From contig NC_081331.1 in assembly GCF_022539665.2 (NCBI RefSeq), positions 9,362,001 to 9,426,000 on the forward strand: a stretch of DNA of 64,000 bases. The letters are read 5' to 3'. The stretch comes from Daphnia carinata. Taxonomy: Eukaryota. The position numbers and the translations under genes were made by a program. Below are positions 50,901 to 64,000 of the stretch, piece by piece (the first letter of the stretch is position 1; each line of letters starts with the position of its first letter). Below the pieces are notes generated by a model. The model did not search any database and was not told the DNA's origin. It saw only the letters and a program-made list of their open reading frames with translations.

Positions 50901-53900
50901 GAGCACACGCGCGCCGAGGATATTTGCTCTCTCGGTCTCCTGCATCTCATCTCTTCTTTGCCTCTTTTTTAAGTTTTTTTACCTTTTTTCTTTTTTTTTT
51001 TTTTTTTGATATGGTTGATTCACGTACTCGTTGTCTTCTTTTTCGGCTGGCTGGGCGCGAGTAATAAACTCACCGCGCGGCATCCCACCATGCAGTTTCA
51101 TGGAGCGTGATGCGCCTGTGAACTGATGACTTGATCATCGTCAGCTCATCAAATACGCGTCTCAATTTGCGCACGCCGCCACGGCCAGTGCTAGGGAACG
51201 ATTGTGAGCTCCGTTATCTATGCTGGATTGGCTTCTTCATCAGTGCCATCAAGCGGAATTAAAGCGGGAAACATCATGATCAACTTGACAATCCCTAATG
51301 CTGGTGAACAGAAAGAATTGGGTTGGCTTACTTTGTTGCACAGTACGCAACACTTTGAAGAAAACACGAAAAACATAACAAGCTTGAATGTGAGAGTAAA
51401 ACTTTAAATAGGCGTATAGAACACGTATCATTTCTGAGCTCGTAATAGGCATATCCTATGCTAACAGCGACATTAGCACAAGACGGGAGCTCCAAGTTAT
51501 TAACTCTTTTGCACCCGTACGTCAAAGTTTCGTGCAGCCGTCTTATGTATTGGTGGCATTCATTTTGTATTCCATTACTTATGACAAACAATCGTCTCGC
51601 CACGTTATTTCGTTGGTTGTGGGATTAACTCAATAATTTTCTAATGTGGTTCTCTGTCAAACAGCTTTTCAGCTTTAATGTATGTTTAGCTGTCCGACTA
51701 ACGTATACGTAAGCTCATCGGTAAAAAGTACAATTACGTCGGCCGTGAACCCGTCTTGGTATACCTATATGTTTAAACGTATACTGGTAACATGGGCGAT
51801 TGAAAAGATTGAAAATGGTCGAATGCTTTTTATCTGCCGACGAGGCAGACGTGCGCCGCTCGCATAACGTGACACTGGATTTTACCTGGTAACCTTCGGC
51901 TTGGCTGCATTTTTGCTTCGTTGCATGTCCATCGATGCCGCTAGAGCCCAAAGGACTCAAATACAGAGCGTACGGTTCCCAATCAGACGTCGGGGGCAGA
52001 CGACAGCGAAATTACACATGTTGTATAATTTGTAGCTAATACGGATGTATACGCATATAGCATACTACACGTTCGGTTTTCCAACATCCGCGTCCAACGC
52101 CCGGCTCTGCATAACATGTTTAATACGTTGCATACGAACAAGTTATGATGTTTTGTATCGTAAAACCAAAACCTCATAATTTGTGGCACAAATTCGTTTG
52201 ACTTCATATATTCCAAGGCATAAACATTAAAATTTAAGAAAGAAAAAGGGGTGTCTTAAACTGACTTTAGATTGTCATGTCAGGATCCATTTCCTTATAA
52301 TCAGTCTTTCCGACTTCCAAAGTTTTATGAATATCTAGCTTACCTTTTTTTTGCCACAGAGTATATACTTCAACTAACAGTTTTACCCCAGTCACGTGCA
52401 CCATTGTGTTATTTTAATCCCGGTTAGCTTTGCCCGGGTACCGAATCGTGATTATGTTCGCTCTCGGTGAACTCGCAGCTTTGAGGGGAATATGAAAAAG
52501 AGCGTTGGTTTATTCAAGCAACTCGCAGCCTAAAGACCTGATCTATTAGTATACGGGGAGGATGCACCGAAAGCAGAAAAGTTGAACCGATTGTAACATT
52601 CAAACACAGGATTATGCGTAATTGCTTCTCCTTTTTTTTTTTTCATGCTTGTTATACTAGGCCTAATACGTCGAATGGGATAGTCTAGACTTTCACATGG
52701 TCGTGTGCCGCAAGAGAATGACGTAGATTTAGGGCTACAACCAAAATGCGACGAAGACGATCGTCTATTGTCATTTCAATCGATCGCCTGTCGTACAGAA
52801 ACCTGTGGCGTCCTCCCCTGAGATGCAACAACTCTGAAGTCTTGCCAACTTGTCCTTGCCTTTCTTCTTTTTTTTTCATTTTTTTTTTTTGCTGAAATAA
52901 AAAGAGCTATAGGTCATAAGTGCATAATGCATTTCCTATTACTAGAGAGTAATAAGTCGAGCAGCTTACCGCGTGACGACAAAAGGGGGGGGGGGGGAGA
53001 CTAGATTAGGTATATTGTAGCAATATGGAACACATAAGGAAGATAGGTCGACTAAGTCGGCCTGTGAAAGGTTTCTTTTTCACAACAAAAAAAAATGGCC
53101 GAGATTTGTTTTCTTCCGTTATGCATGAAAACTCCTTTTTTGGATTTGGCGTTCAGCTATTGAACGTTAATAACTAAGACACGACATCACTAAATCCGAT
53201 CCATTCGCAAAACTTCAATCGTGCCGACATCGTATTTGGCTAAGAAAGTAGAGTATTATAGGAGCACATAAATGACTCGATTCAAAGCAAATCGAACAGC
53301 CTACACTTTACTTGTTTAACCGTGGGCTTGCAGAAGTGGGTGGAGGGGGCGAAAATAAGAAGGGAATCCCCCCTTGACATGACCAAATCGTTTGTGTTCC
53401 AAAATTGAATGAGCCGATGGACATTGGACAAATATAAAGGTTTACATTATTGAAGACCAGAGCTTCCACCTGTATTCTGTGCTGCGGCTATTCGTTTAAT
53501 AATGTTCCTTCCATTTCAATTCTATGCCGCAGCTATTCGTGTAAAAAAAAAAATGGTCTATCCACTCTTTTTTTATTATTTATTTATTTTTTTTAGACTA
53601 TTTTTTAAGTCACTTGTTTTAACTTCTCATAGCCCAAAATGGGCACATACGATAGTAACACATACGCAAACAGTAAATGTATGTGGGATTTTGTTGAGCT
53701 ACTATATTGGTTTTTCTTGGCGTGCTGGACATCAGGAAACAGGCTGCCAATAGATTGAGTTGCTAATGGTATGCGGTATGTTTACGCAGCACGTGTCGCG
53801 CTACCAGAGCCTTTTGCTGGTCACGACCGCGTAGCGACAGTATAGCCAATAATTGTGTTAACAAGGAATTCTCATGCTTTATAAAGAATCTTATTTTTTT

Positions 53901-56900
53901 TTCCCTCACGTTTTCAATTACCTATGGCTGCGTCACACCGCACGTCAGCGCAATTGGTCCCCATGCGATGCCTACTTAAAAACGCTTTTACCTGCAAAGG
54001 AGAATTCAATTATACTTACGAAACACCTTATTTCATCCGTAGTTGCAGTAAAACTATAGTTAGTACGATGAGCTATTGCATAGTAGCACTTCTGATGTTG
54101 ATGCTGTTGTCCCGTGGCCTCAACAACGATGGTCGTGTCACGTGTGCGGGACACAATGTTAAATAAATAATAATAATAGCAAAGTCTTCAGTGGGGTCAC
54201 TCTTGCATATTGTATGGTTAGAAGAAGTCTATCTTATACATGACGAAAAAGAAAAAAATTGATTTTGTCCGTCTGGAGCGCTGGTTGGATGGCGCGTTTA
54301 CGTATCTACCGTCTATTGATCAATTTCGATTATGTGCATTACAGTACAACGTAGTAACGTTCGGTCAAAGGCAGTGGTGTGGTAGTCATGGCGTATTGAA
54401 TACGATGCAGATACAATGAAAGATAGAATTGAAAAATTGAAGGTAAAGGTCAATCACGTTCAACTAGACAGCCGGTGATGCTATTAACGATGACACTTCA
54501 TTGCGGCACGAAGATAGGGAGCGATTACGAGACACAACCGGTGGCTCAAACATCAGCTTTTGTTTTGATCGTTTTATTATTGATTTAGTTTCGTATGAGT
54601 TCAATTTTAGTCTATTGACGTCAAACGGTGTTCATTTTTTGTTTTGTTTTGATTTTTGCAACATTTCGAAAAAAAAAATGTCGAGTAGAGGGAGACGTGG
54701 AGATGATCAAGTGACAAGAGAGATGCAATGGAAGTAGCTTCAGTCCAGTTAATAACACTTCCATGTCCATGCTTCCCTACGCCCTCGTCGCTCAACGCCC
54801 TTACGCTCACCGATGTCAAAAACGAGCGCATTATAAAAGACCAGTGATTGCTGATGATGCTGGTACTACTCTGGCTCAGATGGATTGGTATGGGGAACAG
54901 GCTAAAGATCCTCATTACGAGCTGTGCAGACGCACGGATTGGACTGCAGTATTTTTGACGTCAATCGGGCCGACGCTTATCATTTGCGCGTTGATGGCCG
55001 CCAAGCAAATTGCCTAAGCTTTTTTATTTTTCCTGCGGAGGGTAAAACGCGATGCGCTTCAGCACCTCTCACTTGGACTCGTACTCGAAAGGGTCTCGTT
55101 AGCGACGATAAGTCACATCGGAAAAGAATTCACCTCTAGACGTACTATGAACTTACGTAGGCGTTCAGCCGACCACAAAAATCTAGTTTTACCCACTAGT
55201 TGCGTCCGTTTTCATCGCTCTCTGCACTCGACTGCCCACTGATGTAGGACTGCGTAGGGAATCCCCCTCGTCTGTCGTTGACCACCATCAGCGAGGTATG
55301 GTGAATAAGAGATTACATGCGGAGGGGAGAATAAACGACGACATGGTGCGACAGTTACAAGCCGTCGAGTGTTCGTTTAAAAAAAAAAAAAAAAAAGACA
55401 TGCGAGTTCTCGTTTGGTCGTCTAATCAATGTAGACTTTCAGTTTATGGTGAAAAGGGAACGTGTCAAAAACGACAGTTCTATTCTATACAGTCGGTATT
55501 CGGCTGCCACTGTGCTTAAGCTTCCATATGACTGCATTCATGATAACTGTTTTATTGTCAATATTAGTTGAATTTTAAGGAGTAGGTCAAACAGTAGCCC
55601 AACAATCGGGCTTGCAGAGATCGGGTGAACAAAGACTGGACATCATTTCATTTAAATCGTCCAAGAGGTGCCAAACAATTGAGATTTCAGCACCAAGCAC
55701 AACTCGATAATCCTTGTTAGTCACATCGATTGGCGGTGGAGTAGCATAGCTATAACGGGTCGCATCAGCATTGGAGACCTGTGAATTATCAGGTTAAAAG
55801 GAAAAGGAATCTAAAATAGAAAAAAGAGTATAAATAAAAAACGAATCGGCGGCAGTTCGTTGAACGTCGTTACCTTATATCAAATGGCAGTACAAATCAA
55901 AGTTGCTGCAACAGGTAGGAACAACACAGTTATACGTACGCAACATGTCGTAATTGGTAAGGTTGAGTGGTTGCTATTAAAAAAAAAAGCGTTTCAAGGA
56001 ACAGGTTTCCACCTGAAGACGTTCATTAAAAAACGATTAAAGCTATGCGTTGGCTTTTCTTTGCTCTCCTTTCGCCATCGTTACAAAGTACACGTATATT
56101 TAGATGCTTTGACTACGTGACGTTTCTATCGCGACTAGAGCAATAATGAATACATGGCTGGAAGAACTCGAGTGATCGTCAGACGAAGTTTGATGACAAC
56201 TATGAATAACATGTTCAAACGCCATTGCCTATTTCAATCATGGTGCGAAAGCAAGCAGGAAAGCGTAAACGCCACGCAAAGCTTTTATAAAGTAGTCTCT
56301 TCATAATTGATGAATGAGCTGCTGCAAGTCGAGTCAGCCAACAGGTGTTACTTTCCCGTGGGCTTCTTATACCCACCGCCCACCCTTTGCAGGTATTGCT
56401 TGTTCACGCTGGTCGTCATTCCCGTTCATTCTGTCCTACATTCTAGGTCTTTATACAAGTCCGCTGTCATCCGTCATTTTTCTTTTCTATATTTAAAAAA
56501 AAAATGTAAATTGTAGTGAAAAGCTAGGGGGAGATAAATTGATTGAATTTTCATGGTGTCGTATTTACATCCGGCATGCCGGCCTAATGATTTGCGGATA
56601 TATAGAATGACGCAGAGAGCGAAGACAAGGCCTTCAACCATAAGCTAAGGAAAGTAAAAATATTTATCGTACGTCTACCGATAATAAGATAAAACGTAAT
56701 AGGCGTTGTATAACAGTGACGTACGCCAACGCCTTACTATGACAATTACGACTCACGAAGGGTGAAAGGTGACGGCCCGAAGCCGACATCCGAGGATGTG
56801 AAGTCGCGTCAGCCACAAGTAAAATGATCTGGTGAAATATGTTAGCTCGTCATTGTTCACCTCCTTTTACTTCTCTCTCTTACGTTTTATCTATACAGGC

Positions 56901-57042
56901 GACAATGACTCAAGTAAAACGAGACGTCGGTGAAGGATAGTGAAGATACACATAGAGCGCTATACGCTGCCTGTGACAATTGAGATCATCATCTGGCCGT
57001 CTGGCCCTGGCGCTAGCCGTTGTCAGAGGCGGTCGTGCATCT

Positions 57043-57048
<6 letters not shown>

Positions 57049-57096
<48 letters not shown>
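57049..57096. repeat. (GT)24 microsatellite
   Basis: Directly visible. Confidence 0.97.
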
Positions 57097-57098
<2 letters not shown>

Positions 57099-60000
57099 CG
57101 CTGGTACCAAAAGATAGAGTTACCTGGGTGATGGTGTGACACGCTCATCGATAAGAGTTTCGCTAATGATTCGACCATCTATCTCTCCCACAGTTCCCCC
57201 CCTCCTTCCTCTTTGTCCACTCCTCTCTCGCTAACACACAGACAGACACACAGTCACACGAGCGCACATATACACACACAATGTCGAGGCAACATTGCTG
57301 GAGCCGTGAGAGCAAGTTGCCAGTGAAACTTGTGGTGTTATAAGTATTATAGAGCGATGCGTTCGCCTAGACACATGGAGTGCAAGCTACAAGCGTGTTG
57401 GCTTTCCCTTTGTACATTATCCCGTACGTGTATGTATATAAAGGATAATTCGACTTGTCTAATGATCGGCTTGTATGTGCATGACGACAAGGTTAAAGAG
57501 TCCTTCCTTCCTCGGGTAGATTTCCATGAATGCATTTCGTTTGTATTTCAGCAACCGTCTAGCAGAAACATGTATCGCACGCCTGATGATCATTAGTGGC
57601 TCACATTGACTTCTTTTTTGCTTACCTATTTCGTACTCTTTCTCTTTCCGCTGTTCTCGTGCTGTCCGTCTTAAATGCAAAGGCAGCATGGCTGAAAGCT
57701 TTAGTTAAAGCGAAAATACGTGACTACGCTGTTCTTGCAAATCGATAAAGTATATGCTCATTTCATACGCATCACAGAGTCTATATATTTACTATACAAG
57801 ATTGGTTCAATTAGTATTGCATTATTTATATTAGAGTAGCACACATAAAAAACGAATTGATTATAGTTTTTTAAATGATGTACTCTACACGACAGTGATT
57901 CAGAAGTAGGCCTGGTTTGCAGTGCATATAAAGCTTGATGTTAGTTAAACAACATTGTTGCTGGGAAGATCGTCGCTTTCCGGAGGCCGAGATACCAAAT
58001 GTTTTTCCGTCAGGTACTTATATACGCATATCTTTGTAGATTTGCTTGCTATTCATCTGGAAAGAGCCGCTATTTGTTCTAAATAAAAAAAAAAAAAAAA
58101 AAATACTTATTGGCGAAAAATGTACAGAACAATCTTGCAAAGCTTGCCCGTTTCAACACAAACTATAGAATATGCAAATTGCATGGCTCGATTAGCTTTG
58201 CTGATGCGTTACGCCTACCACTAAAAGTTATGCAGCTGCTAAATCAATAGATGTTTTAGAAAATATGGAGACTCCTCTTATGATTTCATGTTTCCCTCGC
58301 ACATTCTTTAACAAAGCAAATGAAGTTGCTATCTATTTTTTTTTTTTTGGCGAGTGCTTGTTCAGCTGTCACTGTTTGGCTTTAAGTTAATTGTAGCAAT
58401 CGGAAGTAAAGTGTATTGGTAAGAAAAAAAAACTACACGGGAGTTTTTGATGTGCAGTGATACGGAGCAAAGCTGGAATAGGGGAAGAGGAAGTGGAGAA
58501 AAAAGGAAGGAAGTAGAAGGCACACTAAGGGGGAAAAAAACGAAAACGAACAAACAAACCCTAAGAGTTGTTTCCGTTTCCCATTGTGGAAGGAACTCGT
58601 ATGGTTACCTGAGTGCTTCGACTTCTAAATAATAAGCAGAGGAACTTGGAAAACTAAAGTTTACATCGATGTAGCTTTGGACGTACCATTTCCGCTATGA
58701 ACGCTGCGATAAATACACCTCTTTTTTTTTCATTTTTGAATATTTGGCACACCCGTATTACATTTAATTGGGCAATTAGATTGTAGGCTAGAGACAGAAC
58801 TGAAAATTCGGTGAAATGCTAAAAACCCTATTTGTTAGCTTTTCACGTAACTAATGAATCGTCTATAGCACAGGGTTTAGTAGTTTTGTTTTCGTCTACT
58901 TCCGAATTAGATGATGCGGAAGACGACTGTCCTAGTTGACAAAAAGCATCGACACCCTAGCATTGCACAGTTGAAACATTATGCTGATTCCGCTAAAGCG
59001 AAGAGGGTGGGTAGGATGGAGAGAAGGGGGGTGGGGGTATTCACCGGGCATCTCATAGTTTTACAACGAGTGCGGGCGAGGAAAAAAAAAAGGGAGGGAG
59101 GGGGTGAAATGCTTAAGAGGAAAACGGAGACAAGAAAATGTTTACCTCCGGTTTGTGTAGGATTTCGGAAGTGAAATGACGTGACGTGCGGGTTATGGAA
59201 TAAGCCCCCCTTTCATAGCACACGAATAATATATAAAATAGCCAGGTGCACTGGAATCCGGCAATAGCAGCTTATAGTTTCCCCGCATGTTTTTTTTTTG
59301 CTTCTAATTCCGCTTCTATTTCCTTTTTTATGGTCTTTATTTATTTATTTTTTTTCTTTTTCTTTTAGTTTTTTTCGTTCCCATTTCCAGTCTAAATTTG
59401 TATCTTTCTGTATTTTGTTTTTCCTGAAAACTGTTGTGTAATGTATTTTCCAGTTGTTGCGCATTTACAAACGGATGGGCGAGTGAGTTAAATTATGCGT
59501 ATATGTGGGTAGTTTAAGGTAATGCAATGATGAAAAATAAGGTTTTTTTTAATTAGAAGTTTGTTCTTCTTGTTGCGCTCTTCCCGGACTCTTGCCTTTA
59601 GTTTGGTGTGAATTATCAAGTTTTTCTATGCAATTAGAGTCCTGACCAACAATCTTCCAAATTAAAACGCTCATACAAATATGGAAATCGCTTAGATTTT
59701 TTTGTTTGTTCTATTTTCCCGTTAACGCGTCGTTCGCTTGTAACAGTCCGTAATCTAACCTGATAACGATGCAGCTGCCGTTTCCACCACACATACCGTT
59801 TTGCCTAGAAACTCTCATGTTAATATTTCGTTTTAGGAATGACGAAATTAAAGGGCGAAGAGTATTGTAAGCAAATACGTTCAGCAATTTGCGTCTTATG
59901 GCTCACGTTGGACAACACAATAAGCCAGCTAAACGTACCAGCCAAAAACATGGTTTCTCCTATTTATATGCAAACGAGTGCGTAATAAGTTAACAGGCTT

Positions 60001-63000
60001 CCGTCCTTCAGTAAAAGCCTTCGCGCGGTTCCTATATAATATGCCGTAGAATGCGGTATCCATTATAATACTCTTATATTAAGTCCAGCAGCATCTATCC
60101 TTTCATATGTCTCTTTACTGGGATGGCAAATAGGTTTTCATTGAGTAGCCTATATTACAACAGACAATTGTACGGATGCAGTTATACCATTACGATTGCA
60201 TTCATAGACGCAATAGATTCGGTAGCGACTGCAATATCGAAAACAAAACAAAAAATACAAAAAAAACAACTGACATGTTACCAAAATAACGCTATCGTGG
60301 ATGCGGGGCATCGTTTTCATCAATCAGTAAGTGGCACCTACTTGATGTGCGACGATGCGGGTTATTTCCTGAGCATTGTGTATAGCTTTTTTTTTTTTTT
60401 TTTCGTGATATTATACAGGCTGATACTGTTTCTCAGTACGCAGCAGTTCCTTCCGGATGGCGGGTCTAGGGCTTTCGACATCATTATATACCAAAGTGGA
60501 AAAAGCTGCCGTTATGCTCTCTCTTTTTTTCTTTTTTTTTTTTTTTTCTAGGAACAGCAGAACAATTTTTTTTTTATCTGATAATACCAGTTTATGTATG
60601 GCTGCTCGTGGAGCTGTCTCATAGCAGAGCATTGTGGCTTTCAATTGCTCCCCAATTTTTTTTTTTTTATGGAGGTCTGCTTGTGGTGAATGATGGCGGT
60701 TTCATTTGCGACAAGAGGTAATTCTACCACTCGATATTCGATACGTTGCTGAAGTTATGTCTTGCCATTGTGCGGTTTCCTTCATCGCAGCTAATGGCTA
60801 ATAGTTTCATTTGCTTTTTTATTTATTAAAGCCAATTTTGATCGACTGTGGGATTCAACGTGGAATTCTAAGGGTTTATTCAGCCTGTCCGGAGCGAAGT
60901 TATGGAATTTGCATTCGCTTTCTCGATGCTTACATTTTGTTCTGCGTTTGATCTTATGGTATTATTGATTTGCCTTACGTGACCACCTAAAAGAATTGCA
61001 TTAAACAGACACTAATATCTCCATGGTTACTTAACATTAAGAAAAAAAAGAATAAAACAATAATTTATTCTTCTGATGTTTAATTGTTTTCGTTACAGAA
61101 AAGCTATTGTACAAACTCTTAATGTGCCGTTTTTCCGCAACAAAATGTGAACCGTGAGTAAAATTTCGCTTCAATCTTGAAGAGACGCTGTATACACCGT
61201 GTCCGATTGTTTGTTTAAACAATAGGACAAATTTCGTCACAGTGATCAACAGGCATTTGTTTCCAGTTAGCGAAGCCTCTAAACGTCTATAGCGTGACCG
61301 GACTAGCCTTTCACTTGAAACAAGGCTAAGCCGATAAAAGCTAGCTTTAGAAATTAAAATGTTCTGCAAGCTCCTCGTGGATCAAAAAGAGTTGTTAAGT
61401 ACACCAGGCTTAATCTACTTTCATTCTTTTTGCTAAACACGTATTTGTATGTCTGTTTGTTAATGCGCCACGTGCATCATATAATTATAGTATAGTTATC
61501 TTCTATAGGCATTGATATTCTACAAAAATATATTTTAAAAAATGTAAGACAAGAGCAGCAAAGAACGATTCTTTGTTCTTCTGAATTTGCTCATTTTCGA
61601 ATGCATAATAATAGTATGGTGATGGTTATAGAGCCGTTTGAACCCTAAAACTGGTTGGCTCGCACCTTTGTATCGGCATGTCATTGTATACGGAAAACGG
61701 GGTTGAGGATAGAGCCATTCATAGAGGCACGAGCCGAACTAGTTTTATGAACATATGACAGCTTTTCGACTTAGCAATGCACCAGCTGCTGTTCCTGTCC
61801 TGCCTGTTTGTTCCTCTTTCCATCGGGAAGTGGAAAAACACGCGCGTGCCATCACAGCAGCAACAGATCGCGATTCGCCAGGCCAGAACACAACGGTACA
61901 GTTGGAGGCAATAACAACAAATAACAGCAAAAGAAACGAAAAAAGAAAAACCAGACATGTGCAGCTCTCCCTAATCAAACACGCACATGGCACACAACAA
62001 CAAAAAAAAAAAGGTTAGGGCCATCATCAAATGCACAAATTCCATTATATGTAGAATGGGGTGTCCCCCTATATTCCCCCCCCCCCCCTCCTTTTTAGCT
62101 CGTGCTCGGTGCATTACTAGACAATCCGATGGAGGCAGCAGATGAAAGTTGAAAAGACAACCAGAGTCAGAATTTTTTTTTTTTTATTTCAGGGTCTTCA
62201 GGCCATGGAGGGTGGCATCGGTGGGGGGGGGGGTGGGGGTGGGGGGGTGAATGAGTTTTTAATGTCGTCTCCACACGCGCGTGTCTATACACTGTGGATA
62301 TAGCACTACGTTGAAATGCCGGCTGTCGTAGGCATTTTTAGTTATCGTCCATTAAGTAATTTATTAATTTTTTTTTTAAATGTCAATCGGAATGGGTGGG
62401 TGGTTGGGGTGGAGGAGGGAAAAAAACGACATATTGACTAGGGTATTTTTTTTTTTAGTTAAGAGAAACGAAAAAGGTTTCATCCGTTTTTTTTTTTTCA
62501 CGTGGAGGGAGATAGAAGAGGGGGAGTTTTGAAATAGATAAAAGAATACGATGTCTGATAGAAGGTGGAAGAGGGGAGGGGGTGATGGGAATAAAGTCAC
62601 GCTGCCCCCTTCTATTTGATATAATTCTTTCTCTCTGCTGCAGCCATCTGATGGCCATGCACTGCAAGGGATGCTGTTGCAATAGCAGCTGTTGCTTTTA
62701 TTTCTCTTCTCCGATGATGTAGTGCGGCTGCATGTGGGAGTAGTATGGATGAATTGCTCTACCCATCCCCCCTTCCCTTCCCTACCCTTATTATTTTTTT
62801 TTTTCCCCCCATATTGCTGTTTCAACCAAGCCATCCACCGGTGCGTGCTTATACAGCTATACGTTGTGTTCACGGCAGCAGATCGGCCAGGCAGATTGTT
62901 GTACAGTCCCCCAGATTCCGTTGGACGAAAAAACTTAGCACCTTGCCGCAACGGTCATTCCATCAGACGCGGGATGCAGGCTGCAGCTGGCAGCTGGGAA

Positions 63001-64000
63001 ATCATTAAGCAGAAGCCACTGTACGTAACACTGTACGCAGCCTCCCCCTTTTTATATATATACTGTATATATTTTTAATATTCGAAAATAGCAGTGGATG
63101 TCTATGCCTATGAATAAAAACCAACTCCCCCACTTTGTTGTACGGGATAAAAAAATAATGGGGAGGGGGGGATGCTGCAATTTGCTCAACGTCCGTTGAT
63201 GCTGGATAGCTTTGCAGTCTTTTTGTTTGTTTGCATTGGATGTTGATGGTTGGTGGGTGGAACAAAGGAAAACCGTTGCAAAACCAACCAACGGCATGCC
63301 GGTGTTAATTTGTGTTTTTGATTTTCAAACCGTTGCTCTGGCTGCCAGGTGATGAAATAAAACAGCAACAGCCTGCTAATCTCTTCAACCCTCGAAACAA
63401 GCGTGTTTCTAATCTATCTTTTAGATTAGTTCTTACTCGTTATTCCAACGGTTTTCAACAAGTCAGCCGTGTGATGATGACCTTTCGTTACGATCATCTT
63501 TAATGCAAACGATTGTTTCAAGGCTTTAGACAAATCATTAATCGCAGGAGGACTTAACATTTCCAATTCTAAAAAAGGATGCCTCAGGAGGTGATTCGAT
63601 TCGTCTTCGCAAGACAACAATAAAATTTAACAAATGTTTTATTTCAAAACTAATTCAGCCAATAGGTATAGAGAGTTGGGCGATCGCTTTATCGAGACCA
63701 AGACGCCAGTACCCGATTCGCTGGCGAGACTTCCAAGTCCGAAGATGCCGACGCCTCTTAAGAGGAACGATCCGCAAGAAACTGTGAAATGTTTAGAATA
63801 ACAACCAAATGCGGCAACCAATGGCCGACTGGCTTTTGGGGCTCCTTTCTCCTTAGAAGGAGGATTTTCTTTTTTTCTTTTCTAATTTACCCATACGGAA
63901 ACGTCTTTTTACTTATAGTAATAACAGTTCTAACAAAAGCCGAGTGTAGCGATGAAAGAACGTCCAATGCCCCTGTCGGATTTTTCCAACCCATGTTTTT

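Noticed and set aside
51100..51165. Imperfect hairpin with TGATGA/CTGA-like boxes (possible snoRNA or miRNA)
   Set aside because: The stem is short and mismatched, the box order is not convincing, and it matches no miRNA I recognise.
54763..55017. 84-aa ORF with a hydrophobic C-terminus, and other short ORFs in 44-64 kb (e.g. 62376-62951, 63639-63821)
   Set aside because: No recognisable homology or splice context, and the composition is consistent with chance ORFs.

Overview
Eukaryotic, AT-rich, intron-dense arthropod DNA with ~60-90 bp introns. A Daphnia-like crustacean is my inference, not verified. The window has four parts. (1) 1-6.6 kb is a decayed BEL/Pao LTR retrotransposon. Its pol gene is split inside the RNase H domain by a ~4.07 kb block of degenerate bestrophin-like gene copies, and that block carries a solo LTR with a target-site duplication. 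(2) 7-32 kb is a compact cluster of spliced genes: BTB-C2H2 zinc finger, a short jelly belly/HEN-1-like LDLa secreted ligand, SENP6/7-like SUMO protease, SPT5, DNAJB9-like and ZC3H4/su(s)-like. (3) 32.8-42 kb holds two more units of the bestrophin-like repeat in the opposite orientation. One is internally deleted; the other has an intact, intronless 453-aa ORF lacking the RFP motif and the acidic Ca2+ clasp. Between them lies a ~4.1 kb composite non-autonomous Helitron built from a 19-bp GACGGGCA minisatellite. (4) NipSnap (42.5-44 kb) is followed by ~20 kb with no recognisable coding exon, containing a nested perfect-palindrome element. The most novel candidate is the amplified, intronless, highly divergent bestrophin-like family associated with mobile DNA. 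All homology calls come from motif recognition by eye, not database searches.
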